50,015 nucleotides of DNA from Octopus bimaculoides (taxonomy: Eukaryota), in the NCBI RefSeq assembly GCF_001194135.2, contig NC_068997.1, forward strand, positions 32,869,614 through 32,919,628, given 5' to 3'. A program made the translations under genes and the position numbers. Under the pieces are notes generated by a model, which saw only the letters and a list, made by a program, of their open reading frames with translations, was not told where the DNA came from and searched no databases. Position 1 is the first letter of the stretch. Each line of letters opens with the position of its first letter. Positions 25,086 through 35,430 of the stretch are shown here, one piece after another.

Positions 25086-25640
25086 TCCAAGGGGCTCGAA
25101 GACGTTGTTATTAATGGCTAACTCCATTACCTGAGAGATTTTAGATGTGATTGGAACAGTTAGCAGGGTCAGGGAGGTGTTTTTTTTGGGGGGGGGGAAT
25201 AGAAGACACTGAAGCGTCTCTAAAGATCACGATAGATCCCAGCAGAAAAGAATAGACTGAATAGTTTGGTGAGTATAGTGGCTAGTACTGAGATGTGATG
25301 TATAAAGGTAATGGAAGGGGCATCATCAGGACCGGTAGCCTTGTTTATTTGCAGTGACCCAAGGTACTTTCACACTAGCGATGTGTGTATGTAAGGTGGC
25401 GGACCTGGAAAGGTGGAAGAGGATGGAGACGGAGGAGATTTGTCAAGTTTTTATGGGTTACAAAGCGGGTAGCAAGGGTAGAGTGTTTCTCTGCGGAGGT
25501 ACTTCTCACAGAACAATCGCTCTTGTGAAGTAGAAGAAAATAGGATTCTGATAGAAACCATTTTGATATATGACCAAGAGTATTGGCTTCAGTTTGGAAG
25601 GCAGGATTAAATGAGGGCTGTAGGATGCACGAAGAACGTT
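23348..25640 (-). mobile_element. Decayed CR1/Jockey-group LINE (RT core and C-terminus), interrupted by an RTE fragment
   Basis: Minus frames give FGESDVLVLHTSKAFDHDCHNHLLPKLL (LD.SKAFD.V.H..LL.KL), ISDL...ADDTT (YADD equivalent) and FAYLGLHFND. T-run at ~23348 corresponds to a poly(A)-like 3' end. Clade assignment approximate. Confidence 0.75.
23955..24430 (-). mobile_element. RTE-clade LINE 3' fragment
   Basis: Minus frames give R.CWYG.., GRSHTRWLDVTR.DLQRLDVTKEDAEGLARDHQRWRAL (RTE RGRP.TRW.D...DR..WR motif); short (GCAA)n tail at ~23957-23972. Confidence 0.75.
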
Positions 25641-25819
25641 AGATAAGTGTATATACATCCCTTCAAATTATCGTTGTGTTGTGTATTGTTGATTAATTAA
25701 TTAATTGATTGATTACATTGTCAGAAAAATGAGTATTCGTTCCTGATGTTTTTCTCTTTATTTCTCTTTACTAGTTTCAGCTCAAGAGCTGCAGCCATTA
25801 CCTTTCACTACCAGAAACT

Positions 25820-25960
25820 TCCTCCGATATGTGGCTTTTGGTGAATGAAGGAGTTTAATGTTGCGACTGTCATCTGCATTTCATCCAGAACTCTTGACAG
25901 GAACAGATCCAGTTTGTCTAAGAAGACTAAAAACTGATCAGATTTGTCACATATATATTT
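25820..25960 (-). mobile_element. Short LINE 3'-end fragment (CR1/L2-like)
   Basis: FLDKLDLFLSRVLDE..VATLNSFIHQ resembles the LINE C-terminal FK.KLD.FL..IPDEP...SNSL..Q. Confidence 0.45.
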
Positions 25961-26583
25961 TCTATCCACGAAGATATACAATAACTCATGCCGCAGCAAA
26001 TCTAAAATTATAAGAAAACGGTATACCTTACAACACACACATACACAAACGCTGCTCTTTGTTGCCGTGTGTCGTTTACTGGGTAATTTGCAAAAACCTG
26101 GACCTGCCCCGTGATAAAAACTGGTGGGAACACAAACCACATCCAGTGCTTGAAAATAATCACATCTCACTCCTCAAACTGACAGAAAGATAGATGCGAA
26201 TAGGCCAGATATTATATTGAAAAACTTCAGACGAAAATCATGCCTCCACATTGATATGACTGTCACAATCGATATAAACGTATCTGTCAAGACCTACCAA
26301 AATCTGAGCAAGTACAAAGATCTTGAAATAAAAATTGACAAAATGTAGAACCTCAAGACTAAAACAATAGCGGTTGTCATAGGTGCCCTAGGAATGATAG
26401 CAAAAGGGGATGATTGCTACCTTGCTCAGATACCAGGAAATCCCTAAATGGCAGAAATTCAAAAGATAGTTCTCATAGGAACTGCCCATATCCTATGTAA
26501 AATACTATGTATGTAATCTCAAATTTTAAAACGAACACATAATTTTCTAATGTTTTTTTTTTTAATTCCCTAGAACAATACTG

Positions 26584-27835
26584 CAGGGGTTGGACAATAT
26601 AATGGAAACACCTAGCATAATAATTTTGAAATAGCTATAAAACCGTCAAAAGCTTGTTTATTTTTATGTTTTTTTATTTATTATTAGTGTTGCTTAATAT
26701 GTTTTGCTAAAATTGCTCTGTCTTTTCAGATATTATCAGAAAAAGATAATTAAGATTAATTAAAATGACAGATCTATTGGACTTTCACAGAGATCAAATT
26801 GTTGGTGCTCGTATGGCAGGCGCTAGCGTAACGAAAACAGCCGAAATGTTTGGTGTATCAAGAAGTACTGTTTCGAAAGTAATGACAGCCTTTGAGAAAG
26901 CGGGAAACACTTCCTCGTCGAAATAAAACTCCGGAAGAAAACCAAACTTTCAGATAGGGACCGTCGGACTCTTACGCGAATTGTTAGANNNNNNNNNNAA
27001 ATTATTGCAGAGCTTAACGACAATCTCGAGAACCCAGTTTCCACAAAAACTGTTCGCCGGCAGCTGCACAAAGCCAGATTTCATGGGAGGGCTGCAATCA
27101 GAAAACTACTACTTTCAAAAACAAACGCTGCAAAACGTTTAGAGTGGAGTAAAATCCTACAGAATTGGTCCCTAGAGCAGTGGAAGAATGTTATTTTCTC
27201 GGACGAGTCATCCTGTACCGTATTTCCGACCACCGGCCGAGTATACGTGTGGAGACAGCCAAAACAAGCATTTGACCCAGACTGCCTTCTTCCAACTGTT
27301 AGACATGGAGGAGGATCTGTGATGGTGTAAGGGGTTATATCTTGGAAAGCCACCGGCCCAATGGTTTTCCTTTATGGCAGAATTAATAGTCAAGACTATT
27401 TGAGCATTTTATCTGATCAATTCATCCTATGGTTGTGGAACTGTTTCCGGAGGGATATGCAATCTTTTAGAATGATAATGCGCCAATTCACACAGCTAAA
27501 GTTGTTAGTAAATAGCACGAGGAACATTCTAGTGAAGTGGAACGTCCTTTCTGGCCACCACAGTCCCCTAGATCTCAATATCATGGAACATTTATAGTGA
27601 ATTTTAGAAAAACGAGTAAGGAGTCAATATCCTCCACCATCATCACTACAAGAACTGGAGACTGCTTTAGCTAAATAAAGGGGGGGGGGAATCCCTTTGG
27701 AAACAATTCAAACTTTGTACGAGTCCATACCTCGTAGAATTCAAGCTGTAATTACTGCTAAAGGCGGTCCTACCCTATATTAAAATAAATTTGTTTGAAA
27801 TTTTATGGTGTTTCCATTATTTTCTCCAACCCCTG
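26584..27835 (+). mobile_element. Full-length Tc1-family DNA transposon (~1.25 kb), DD36E spacing
   Basis: 29-bp TIRs CAGGGGTTGGACAATATAATGGAAACACC / CAGGGGTTGGAGAAAATAATGGAAACACC (27/29) enclosing a decayed transposase. Confidence 0.95.
26765..27783 (+). pseudogene. Tc1-like transposase pseudogene
   Basis: MTDLLDFHRDQIVGARMAGASVTKTAEMFGVSRSTVSKV (HTH), SGRKP, VIFSDES, PTVRHGGGSVMV, DNAPIH, WPPQSPDLNIME, AKGGPTLY*; several stops and frameshifts plus a 10-N gap. Confidence 0.93.
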
Positions 27836-27962
27836 CATGTGCAAAACCAAATATATGACACACTAGGCATAACACCAACATGAACGTCTAACTTGTCTCT
27901 TGCGGTCTCTGGGTGAGACTTGGAACCAACTTGTACAAATACACAGCAAATGTCAAACACAC

Positions 27963-27983
27963 AATAATAATAATAATAATAAT

Positions 27984-28039
<56 letters not shown>

Positions 28040-28058
28040 CAACAACAACAACAATAAT
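27963..28058. repeat. (AAT)n(AAC)n microsatellite
   Basis: Read directly. Confidence 0.97.
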
Positions 28059-28243
28059 CTTTTCTACTATAGACACAAGGTCTGAAATTTTGGAGGAGGG
28101 GGTTCAGCCGATTACAACGATCCAGTATTCAACTGGTACTCTCAATTTATCGACCCCAAAAGGATGAAATTTGAACTCAGAACGTGAAGACAAACGAAAT
28201 GCTGCTAAGCCTTTTTCCCGACGTGCTAACGAGTCTGCTTGCT
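28059..28243 (-). mobile_element. SINE family B with small internal deletion
   Basis: gacacaaggtc..aaattttgg..tttatcgaccccaaaaggatgaaa|tttgaactcagaacgtgaagac..gctaagc..cgtgctaacg; its 3' end abuts the microsatellite. Confidence 0.85.
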
Positions 28244-28589
28244 ACATTGGCAGTAGTATAAAACTGAAATACAAAAGAAAACACAAAAATGCAGGGATTT
28301 TTCTATTGAATAACAATAAAAATATATTAATAAATATATTACAATAAATATCAATAATGATTCAAAGCAATGAAATATCGACAAGTAAGGATCCTCAAAA
28401 TAGGAAGGGCTCCCGTATTGTGATTTCCGGCAGCCACACAGTTAATCCCGGATTAGTCTGAAGCATATAATCAAGTGCATGCATCGTTGGCACGCTTCCA
28501 GTTAAATGACGCATCGCTAGTACTGTAGACCCATTTAACTACGTCATTTCTACTTCTCTCATTCATTTCTTACAAACAAGCGAAAGAGG

Positions 28590-28772
28590 GAGTTTTCACG
28601 TGATTGATTGACCTGCTAGAAATAGTAGATAAATCTCCTTCAAATAAGGCATATCATAAGTGTTAAATGTGGTGCAAGGTTTCCTGTTCATAGGAAAATT
28701 CATTATTGCAATACCTTTGATAACAAATTTGTTCGACTAGGATTGACCTACGCTTAAACAACAACAATATTC
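28590..28772 (+). mobile_element. Interspersed repeat family D (unclassified)
   Basis: Shares acctgctagaaatag..aaatctccttcaaat and a 3' taaacaacaac-like end with 45690-45885; weaker matches at 2985-3060 and 35670-35820. Confidence 0.55.
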
Positions 28773-28778
28773 TAAAAA

Positions 28779-28990
28779 TTGGTCTTAAATTTTGGCACAA
28801 GGCCAGCAACTTCGGGAAAGTAGGTAATTACATCGACCCCAGTACTCAAATGGTTCTTATTTTATCGACCCTGAAAGGATGAAAGGTAAAATAATCTCGA
28901 CGAGATTGGAACTCAGAGCATAAAGACGGACGAAATGCCGCTAAGCATTTTGCCCGCCGTGCTTACGATTCTACAAGCTCACCGCCTTAA
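28779..28990 (-). mobile_element. SINE family B, full length
   Basis: Reverse complement begins AAGGCGGTGAGCTTGTAGAATCGTAAGCACGGCGGGCAAAATGCTTAGCGG, with GAGTTCCAATC and CCTTTCATCCTTTCAGGGTCGATAAAATAAG. Confidence 0.88.
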
Positions 28991-29319
28991 CACCGTTTCA
29001 AATATTACAGGAAGTTAGTACTTCCCGCTTTACACTCGACTCTCTTTTCAAGTGCTACTTCGTGATGGTGTGAAAAGGTGGTCTGATAAGAAAAGCTATT
29101 CCCCATGTATTTCAACTGTGTCCACTTCGTATTTTCTTTCAGCATAGCCATCAAACAGAGGTAGACCACTCTCCTCTTTCTTACCAAAGGAACACGATGT
29201 CTAGATCTTCACGATACTTTGGTTAACAGTTGGATTCGCTCCGCACCTGATAGCAGCTGTTTCACTTAAACTCACATATCAGAGATGCATGGGTTAGTTT
29301 TTCTTCGACTCTCTTTTCA

Positions 29320-29859
29320 CTCTGAGTTCAAATTCGTTCAAGGTCAAATTTAACTCTCGGCCTTCTCCGGTCGATAAAATAAAGTACACAACAAGTTCTT
29401 GAATCAATGTAATTGTTTCATACAATTTCTGGCCCTATACCTAAATTAGAAACGACTATTGTCATTGTAAGCGCGGTAAGTTAGCAGTTTCCTCAGAGCG
29501 CCGAGAAAATGTATTTTGGTATTTTGTTCCATTTCTTTCTGTTCTGAGTTCAAATCTTATCGAGGTCAGCTTTATGAAACATAGTCTCCGCAGTAGATCA
29601 AATAAAATATCAGTCAAGTACTCAGATTCCAAGCTTTGCGTCTACGTCAGAAACAATTATAATTTGAGATTGTTGGATCGTTAATGAATCGGACAAAATG
29701 CATTACTGTATTTGTTCTGACTCTTACGTTCCGAGTTTAATTCTGCGATTAACTTTGCTTTTCATCCCCTTCAGGATCAAATAAAGTACCAGTCAACTAC
29801 TTGGACCGATAATATCGAATACACTTCTTTCCACAAAATTGCCAACCCTACGTTTAAAA

Positions 29860-29860
<1 letters not shown>
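29320..29860 (+). mobile_element. Three tandem degenerate SINE family B copies (~29320-29460, 29470-29625, 29670-29860)
   Basis: Each has ctgagttcaaat (or ccgagtttaat) followed by a gatcaaataaa/gtcgataaaataaagtac-type motif; the last ends on (ATT)n. Confidence 0.7.

Positions 29861-29917
<57 letters not shown>
29861..29917. repeat. (ATT)n microsatellite
   Basis: Read directly. Confidence 0.98.
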
Positions 29918-29920
<3 letters not shown>

Positions 29921-30900
29921 TAGTCTTATTTTTATCGCGTGCTTTCACTGCACTACCGAGCGCAGCTTTGTGTGCCTTGGATATGTACTGCGGTTTGTTG
30001 TGATGTTCTTAATTTCACTGTATTAAAAGTAGGACGTGTGCAGTGCCTAGTAGTGCTAATTTTTGTATGTTATATATACTTGTAAGTCATGATGTTTTTT
30101 TCTGAAATTTTTTTATGATACCTAATACACCTGCTATTATAGAAATTGTTTCTGTTTTTAGACTCTACTTTTGAGTTACCTCTATTTCCAGATCTTTGCA
30201 TTTTGAAAGTTACTCCGCTTCTTTTAGAGAAACATTGTCATCTGTTGGTATTGATACATCGATTAGAAAGCATTTTTATTCTTGACGATCTCTGACAACT
30301 ATATCCGGCCTATTGGCCTTAATTTTTCTATCTGTGTGTATTGGCATATCTCAGAGTATAGTTGCTTTCCCATTTTCTGTGACCTTTTCTGCGGTGTGCC
30401 TATACCATCTTTTTTTCTGTTGTTATTCCATAGCGTTGGCATAGTTTCCAGTCTATATAGGTCCCAACTCTGTCGTGTCTGTGAATTTATTCCTTCTTAG
30501 CTCGGACTGGACAGCCAGAGACAATATGATTTATTGTTTCCTCTCCATCATCACATATTCTGCAGTTACTTGTATTTACTTTCATTGCATGTTTTTGATG
30601 GTTTCTGGTGAGACGGCTTTGATCTTGTGTTGCAATTAAAAATCCTTCAGTCTCTGCTTTGAGTCCTGAGATTCTCAGCCATTGTTTGGGATTTTGCTTT
30701 ATCTATTTCTTTTCTATTTAGTTTAACCCAGTATTTCTCATGAAGAGGCTTTTCTTGCCATCGTCTTATCATGATCCGTTGCTGTTCCAGTTTTAGTTTG
30801 GATTTCAGTTGTTTTACAGCTTTTGTTGCTTCTCCTTTTTCTTCATAGTTGTTATGACTTCTTTTTCGTATTTGTCAGTTTCCTTAAACATTGAAAACAG
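29918..30900 (-). mobile_element. R4/Dong-like non-LTR retrotransposon, 5'-truncated (CCHC knuckle plus REL endonuclease)
   Basis: Minus frames give WQEKPLH, WLRISGLKAETEGFLIATQDQS, CRICDDGEETINHIVSGC (C-x2-C-x8-H-x4-C), HRHDRVG, HTDRKIKANRPDIVV..CFLIDVSIPTDDNV, KDLEIEVT and IAGVLGIIKK. Flanked by (ATT)n on both sides. Confidence 0.92.
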
Positions 30901-30934
30901 TTTTTTGTTTTGTTTTGTTCGTGTTTTGTTTGTA

Positions 30935-30996
<62 letters not shown>
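30935..30996. repeat. (TAT)n microsatellite
   Basis: Read directly. Confidence 0.98.
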
Positions 30997-30997
<1 letters not shown>

Positions 30998-31479
30998 GCT
31001 TTCAGTATTCTTGGCACATAGATATAACATTAAAGTATGTGCACAACAAGAAAAGAAGTATATGTACCTTTGTATTGATAAAACTATGATTTCAATATAA
31101 ATCCCCTTCAAAACGATATCAGTAAAGTAGTTTGTAATATCTAATTAAAATTCTAAAATACTATTGAAACCACATACAGCTTAGCCGTTCCAGTACGTTC
31201 CATCTGTGATGATAAACCTCTCCATACAAGATCCTTACTGAATGTATAGTGTATGGCATCTGAAATATGACGAAAACTGAATTATGTATACACAAGAAAT
31301 GAGACAGAAATAATGGAATTAGTCATCATATACAAAACAAAGACTACTACACGTATATCTATATTGCATTTGACTTTTCATAGTACAACATAATACAACG
31401 GATTTATTAAAATGCTCGTAACCAAAGACCACCTGCCAAACCAAGGACATAACAGTGGCTGATGGTCCTAAATGTTTAA

Positions 31480-32200
31480 TTCTGCAGTCAATTTTAACTT
31501 TTTATGTATTGGAATATGGCTTCCATTTTCTATTTTTGTGAGGAATTTTATAGCGTATGTACGTATTATCTCGTATTTTCCAATTTTGTTTGGTGGTGTG
31601 TGGTCTAATGTTTTGCAATAGCTTCTTTTTGTAAGTGCATGATGAGCCAACGAATGAACGTTGTACTATGTTCAATGTAACAGCTGGAGTCCAATAGTTT
31701 GCAACTTTCAGTCTTACTCTAAAATTTATAGATTACATTGACAACACGTATAATTTGTTCTCGGGTTTACAAGCTTGTATTGTGCCATTGATAAGGAAGT
31801 TTTTAATTTAGATCTTTTTCTAGTAGATATTTACTTTAAGATTCTTGTCTGTTATGCATTTTGCGTACCATTTTACGAGTGTCTTGATTATATGTTCGTC
31901 TGCACGATAGTTTGTATGCATTAGATTCCTGTAATTGATTTTGTCTAATTTGTGTATTTTTATTAGATGTATTCCCCGATGTATTTATTTGTTGTGCTGT
32001 ATTTGTATCTATATTAATCTATAGCTCGGTCTACTAGTCTTTCAGAATATTCGTTGTTGATTAATGTGCGTTTAATATTGTGAATTTCTTCCTCTGGTGC
32101 CTTGTTTGTAGATGAAAATCTAAATGCTCCTTTAAGTGGTGAGTTTTACAAACAGCATTCATTGTCTCCATGTTGCTAATAAATGATCTGGTGTAAACAA
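31480..32200 (-). mobile_element. Decayed Penelope-like element (RT thumb, linker, GIY-YIG remnant)
   Basis: Minus frames give AFRFSSTNKAPEEEIHNIKRTLINNEYSERLVDRAI (PLE thumb RA..IcS....E...I...L..NGYP...I), YRADEHIIK and RWLIMHLQ..(RLTMHLQ)..IRDNTYI. Confidence 0.6.
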
Positions 32201-32350
32201 TTGAAGCAGTATCAGATTAAGTGGACATCTTAATGTATTTGCATTGATGACAGGCATGTTACTGCGGTATTCGTCTCCCTTCAACATATATTTTGTTTTA
32301 AACCACAGCTTACCCCGGACAAAAATTGCAGTGACTTACCTGTCAACGAT

Positions 32351-32565
32351 TTCTTCATGTTTTACTTCTCTCAGTCACTGGACCGCGGCCATGCTACGAC
32401 CCTGATTTGAGGGGTTTAGTTGAACAAATTGATCCCCGTACTAGTATTTTTAAGTTTCGTACTTCTTCTATCGGTCTCTTACACCAATTCACTAGCTTAT
32501 ATAAGCGTAAACGAACCAGCACCGGTTGCCAAGCGGTGATGGGGAAACAAACACAGGCAAACACT
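32351..32565 (-). mobile_element. SINE family A, 3' module only
   Basis: cagtcactggaccgcggccatgct..tagttgaacaaattgatcccc..cttctatcggtctc..cgtaaacgaaccagcaccggttgccaagcg. Confidence 0.8.
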
Positions 32566-32576
32566 ATATACATATA

Positions 32577-32889
32577 TTCTTTTATTCTTTTACTTGTTTC
32601 AGTCATTTGACAGCGGTCATACTGGAGCACTGCCTTTGGATTTTTAGTCGAGCAAATCGACCCCAGGACTATTTTCAAGCCTAGCACTTATTCAATCAAT
32701 TTTTTTTGTTGAACTGCTAAGTTACGAGGACGTAAACACACCAACACCATTTGTCAACTAGTGATGGGAACAAGCACACACACGTGGTTACACACACACA
32801 ATATATATACACTCACAACGGGCTTCTTTCAGTTTCTTTCTATCAAACCCACACACAAGGCTTCGGTCAGCCCAAGGTTATAGTAGAAG
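32577..32889 (-). mobile_element. SINE family A, 5' part lost in the gap
   Basis: Tail ttcttttattcttttac, 3' module, short microsatellite, then gggcttctttcagtttc..caaggcttcggtcagcccaaggttatagtagaag. Confidence 0.88.
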
Positions 32890-34744
32890 NNNNNNNNNNN
32901 NNNNNNNNNNNNNNNNNNNNNNNNNNNNNNNNNNNNNNNNNNNNNNNNNNNNNNNNNNNNNNNNNNNNNNNNNNNNNNNNNNNNNNNNNNNNNNNNNNNN
33001 NNNNNNNNNNNNNNNNNNNNNNNNNNNNNNNNNNNNNNNNNNNNNNNNNNNNNNNNNNNNNNNNNNNNNNNNNNNNNNNNNNNNNNNNNNNNNNNNNNNN
33101 NNNNNNNNNNNNNNNNNNNNNNNNNNNNNNNNNNNNNNNNNNNNNNNNNNNNNNNNNNNNNNNNNNNNNNNNNNNNNNNNNNNNNNNNNNNNNNNNNNNN
33201 NNNNNNNNNNNNNNNNNNNNNNNNNNNNNNNNNNNNNNNNNNNNNNNNNNNNNNNNNNNNNNNNNNNNNNNNNNNNNNNNNNNNNNNNNNNNNNNNNNNN
33301 NNNNNNNNATATATGTATGTATGTATGTATGTATTTATTTATATGTGTATGTGTGTGTGTATGTGTGTGTGTAGGAGGAGACTATATATAGACAAATAGA
33401 TACGCTTAAGCTTGATACATAAAATATACATACATATATACATACATATATACATACATATATGCATGTAAATATCTATAAGGAGATATATAAAGGGAAA
33501 CAAAAATTGAAAAGAATCTGATGAACACTCACGTAAAGGCATATAGATATTTGTATATTTACAAGACAAATTTACATGGAGTACAGAAAGTACAGAAAAT
33601 TAAGGGGAAAGGGCATGGCATTTTAGGTCCGACAGCTGTTTCTGGAGGCTCAGAATTACGTAATAGTTGTAATGTTAGCAGATGGAGTGTGCATAAAATC
33701 CAAGGATATGCAACCAAATAGTGAATGAAAATATGCATTACCGTAAATCCGACATCAGGGTGGAGAGATTGGCATCTAACATTTTTTTGTCATAATGCAG
33801 TGAATTTAAGGGTAGACTGGGTGAAGGGCAGGCAAATAATAAAGGGGTATAGAAGTAGAAAATGGTTAAAGGGGAGTGTTCAAGGAGAGGGAGGGAAAGA
33901 AGTGATAGGAGAGGCGGAGCAGGAGGAGGGAGGGGTGAGTGACCAGGGGATTGAGAGGAACAGAAGTGGTGTGTCAAGAGATATGTGGGAAGGGGTGGGA
34001 TGGGTAGTATTAGGATGAGTAGTATACGTATGTATTTGCCTGTTTGTCTGTTTGTCTGTATGTATGTTTGTATGTATGTATGTATGCACATGCAGACAGC
34101 GATAATTTAGTCAAATCTTGCCAAATACATCAATGTCTAAATGTTTGAGACCATTTGCTGTTAATTAGATAATTATTTTCCTTCAAAGTTATTCTCAGTT
34201 TATATACGCGTACCACATTCACATCTCGACTGCTTGCAACTGTAGCTTAGTGAGTAAGTACCTTATTGTCTGTAGATTAGAAATAACGGTTCTGAGTTCG
34301 AAGATTGAACTGGGAAAAGATCTAAATACTGGGGAAAAAAACTCCTTTCATCTCTAATATTGTGAACCGAAATTTTAAAATTCTAACTAGGGAGATCGAT
34401 AATAATTCCTGCAGCAATCGGTGCATTTGTTTAAATTTGAAAAATAATCGATACTAAAGCTGCTGAGAATGTTTCGTGCACTCAAAGACATTGGGAATTG
34501 AGAGGTTTGATCGTATGATCACTATCCGCATTCTTCATAGAATATTCTCCTCGTTGCAATTCAGTGAAAAAATGTACTTGTTTCGCTATTGTATTAAGTA
34601 CTTCGTTTCTTCTACCTTCTCCTTCTATATATAATCATACGAAACAGAATTGCTATTACTGTGATTTCTGATATAGGCCTCCAAATTTAGGGAAAGCATA
34701 TAGTTCAATATATTGATCCCAGTATTTGGGTATATCAGTTTACT

Positions 34745-34880
34745 GGTTCCTAATTTTGTGGCACCAGGCCAGCAATTTCGGGGGAGGGGTTAAATCTATT
34801 AGGTCGATGCCAGTGCTCAATTGACAAAGGAAAGATACAGTAAAAGTTGATCAAAGTGGGATCTGAATAATGAACGTAAA
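34745..34880 (-). mobile_element. Degenerate SINE family B fragment
   Basis: aattttgtggcaccaggccagcaatttcggggga..ggtcgatgccagtgctcaa matches the 3' part of 28779-28990. Confidence 0.6.
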
Positions 34881-35137
34881 ATCTTGTATGTTAATACCGT
34901 GGATATTTCGGCTGACGCTCTTCTGATTATGCATTCAAACACCAACAACAATGATTTCTAACATCGGTTACGATTCTTGGAGAAGAGTGTATTTCATTGA
35001 TTTAATCGACTTCATTAATTGACTTCATTATTGATCCCAGAATGATAAAATATAAAGTCTACTTTTAATACGATACTATCTATTTCTATTACTCAGCTTA
35101 TTCTACCATTGATCTCGATCTAAATATCAACACAGAT

Positions 35138-35389
35138 CTTTTATCTTTTATACTGAACTTGTTTCAGTCATTAGACTGCGGCCACGCTGGGGCACCGCCT
35201 TGAAGAATTTTAGTCGAATAAATCGACACCAGTACTTTTTTTAACCCCGATACTTATTCTATCGGTGTCTTTTCTCGAACCGCTAATGTTACGGTGACGT
35301 AAACACACCAACACCAATTGTCAAGTGATGGTGGGGAACAAACACAAAAACAAAGACACACACACATGTATAAATATATATATACATGC

Positions 35390-35430
<41 letters not shown>

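Larger units (their letters stand above)
26079..27962 (+). mobile_element. R4/Dong-like non-LTR retrotransposon 3' fragment (REL endonuclease plus 3' UTR), interrupted by a Tc1 element
   Basis: WVICKNLDLP..WWEHKP, QTDRKIDANRPDIILK..CLHIDM, SKYKDLEIKI..M*NLKTKTIAVVIGALGMI, IQKIVLIGTAHIL, stop at 26514-26516 (PD-(D/E)xK REL domain). Putative UTR resumes at 27836 and ends directly on (AAT)n at 27963. Confidence 0.85.

Noticed and set aside
33625-33660. Minus-strand GAAACAGCTGTC|GG hammerhead stem III-like motif (similar at 29245-29290 and 47340-47400)
   Set aside because: CUGANGA core and/or stem II missing or broken; at most decayed remnants.
34330-34555. Possible very old R4 REL remnant (IIPAAIGAF, IRILHRIF)
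   Set aside because: Too degenerate to support without alignment; no (TAA)n flank.
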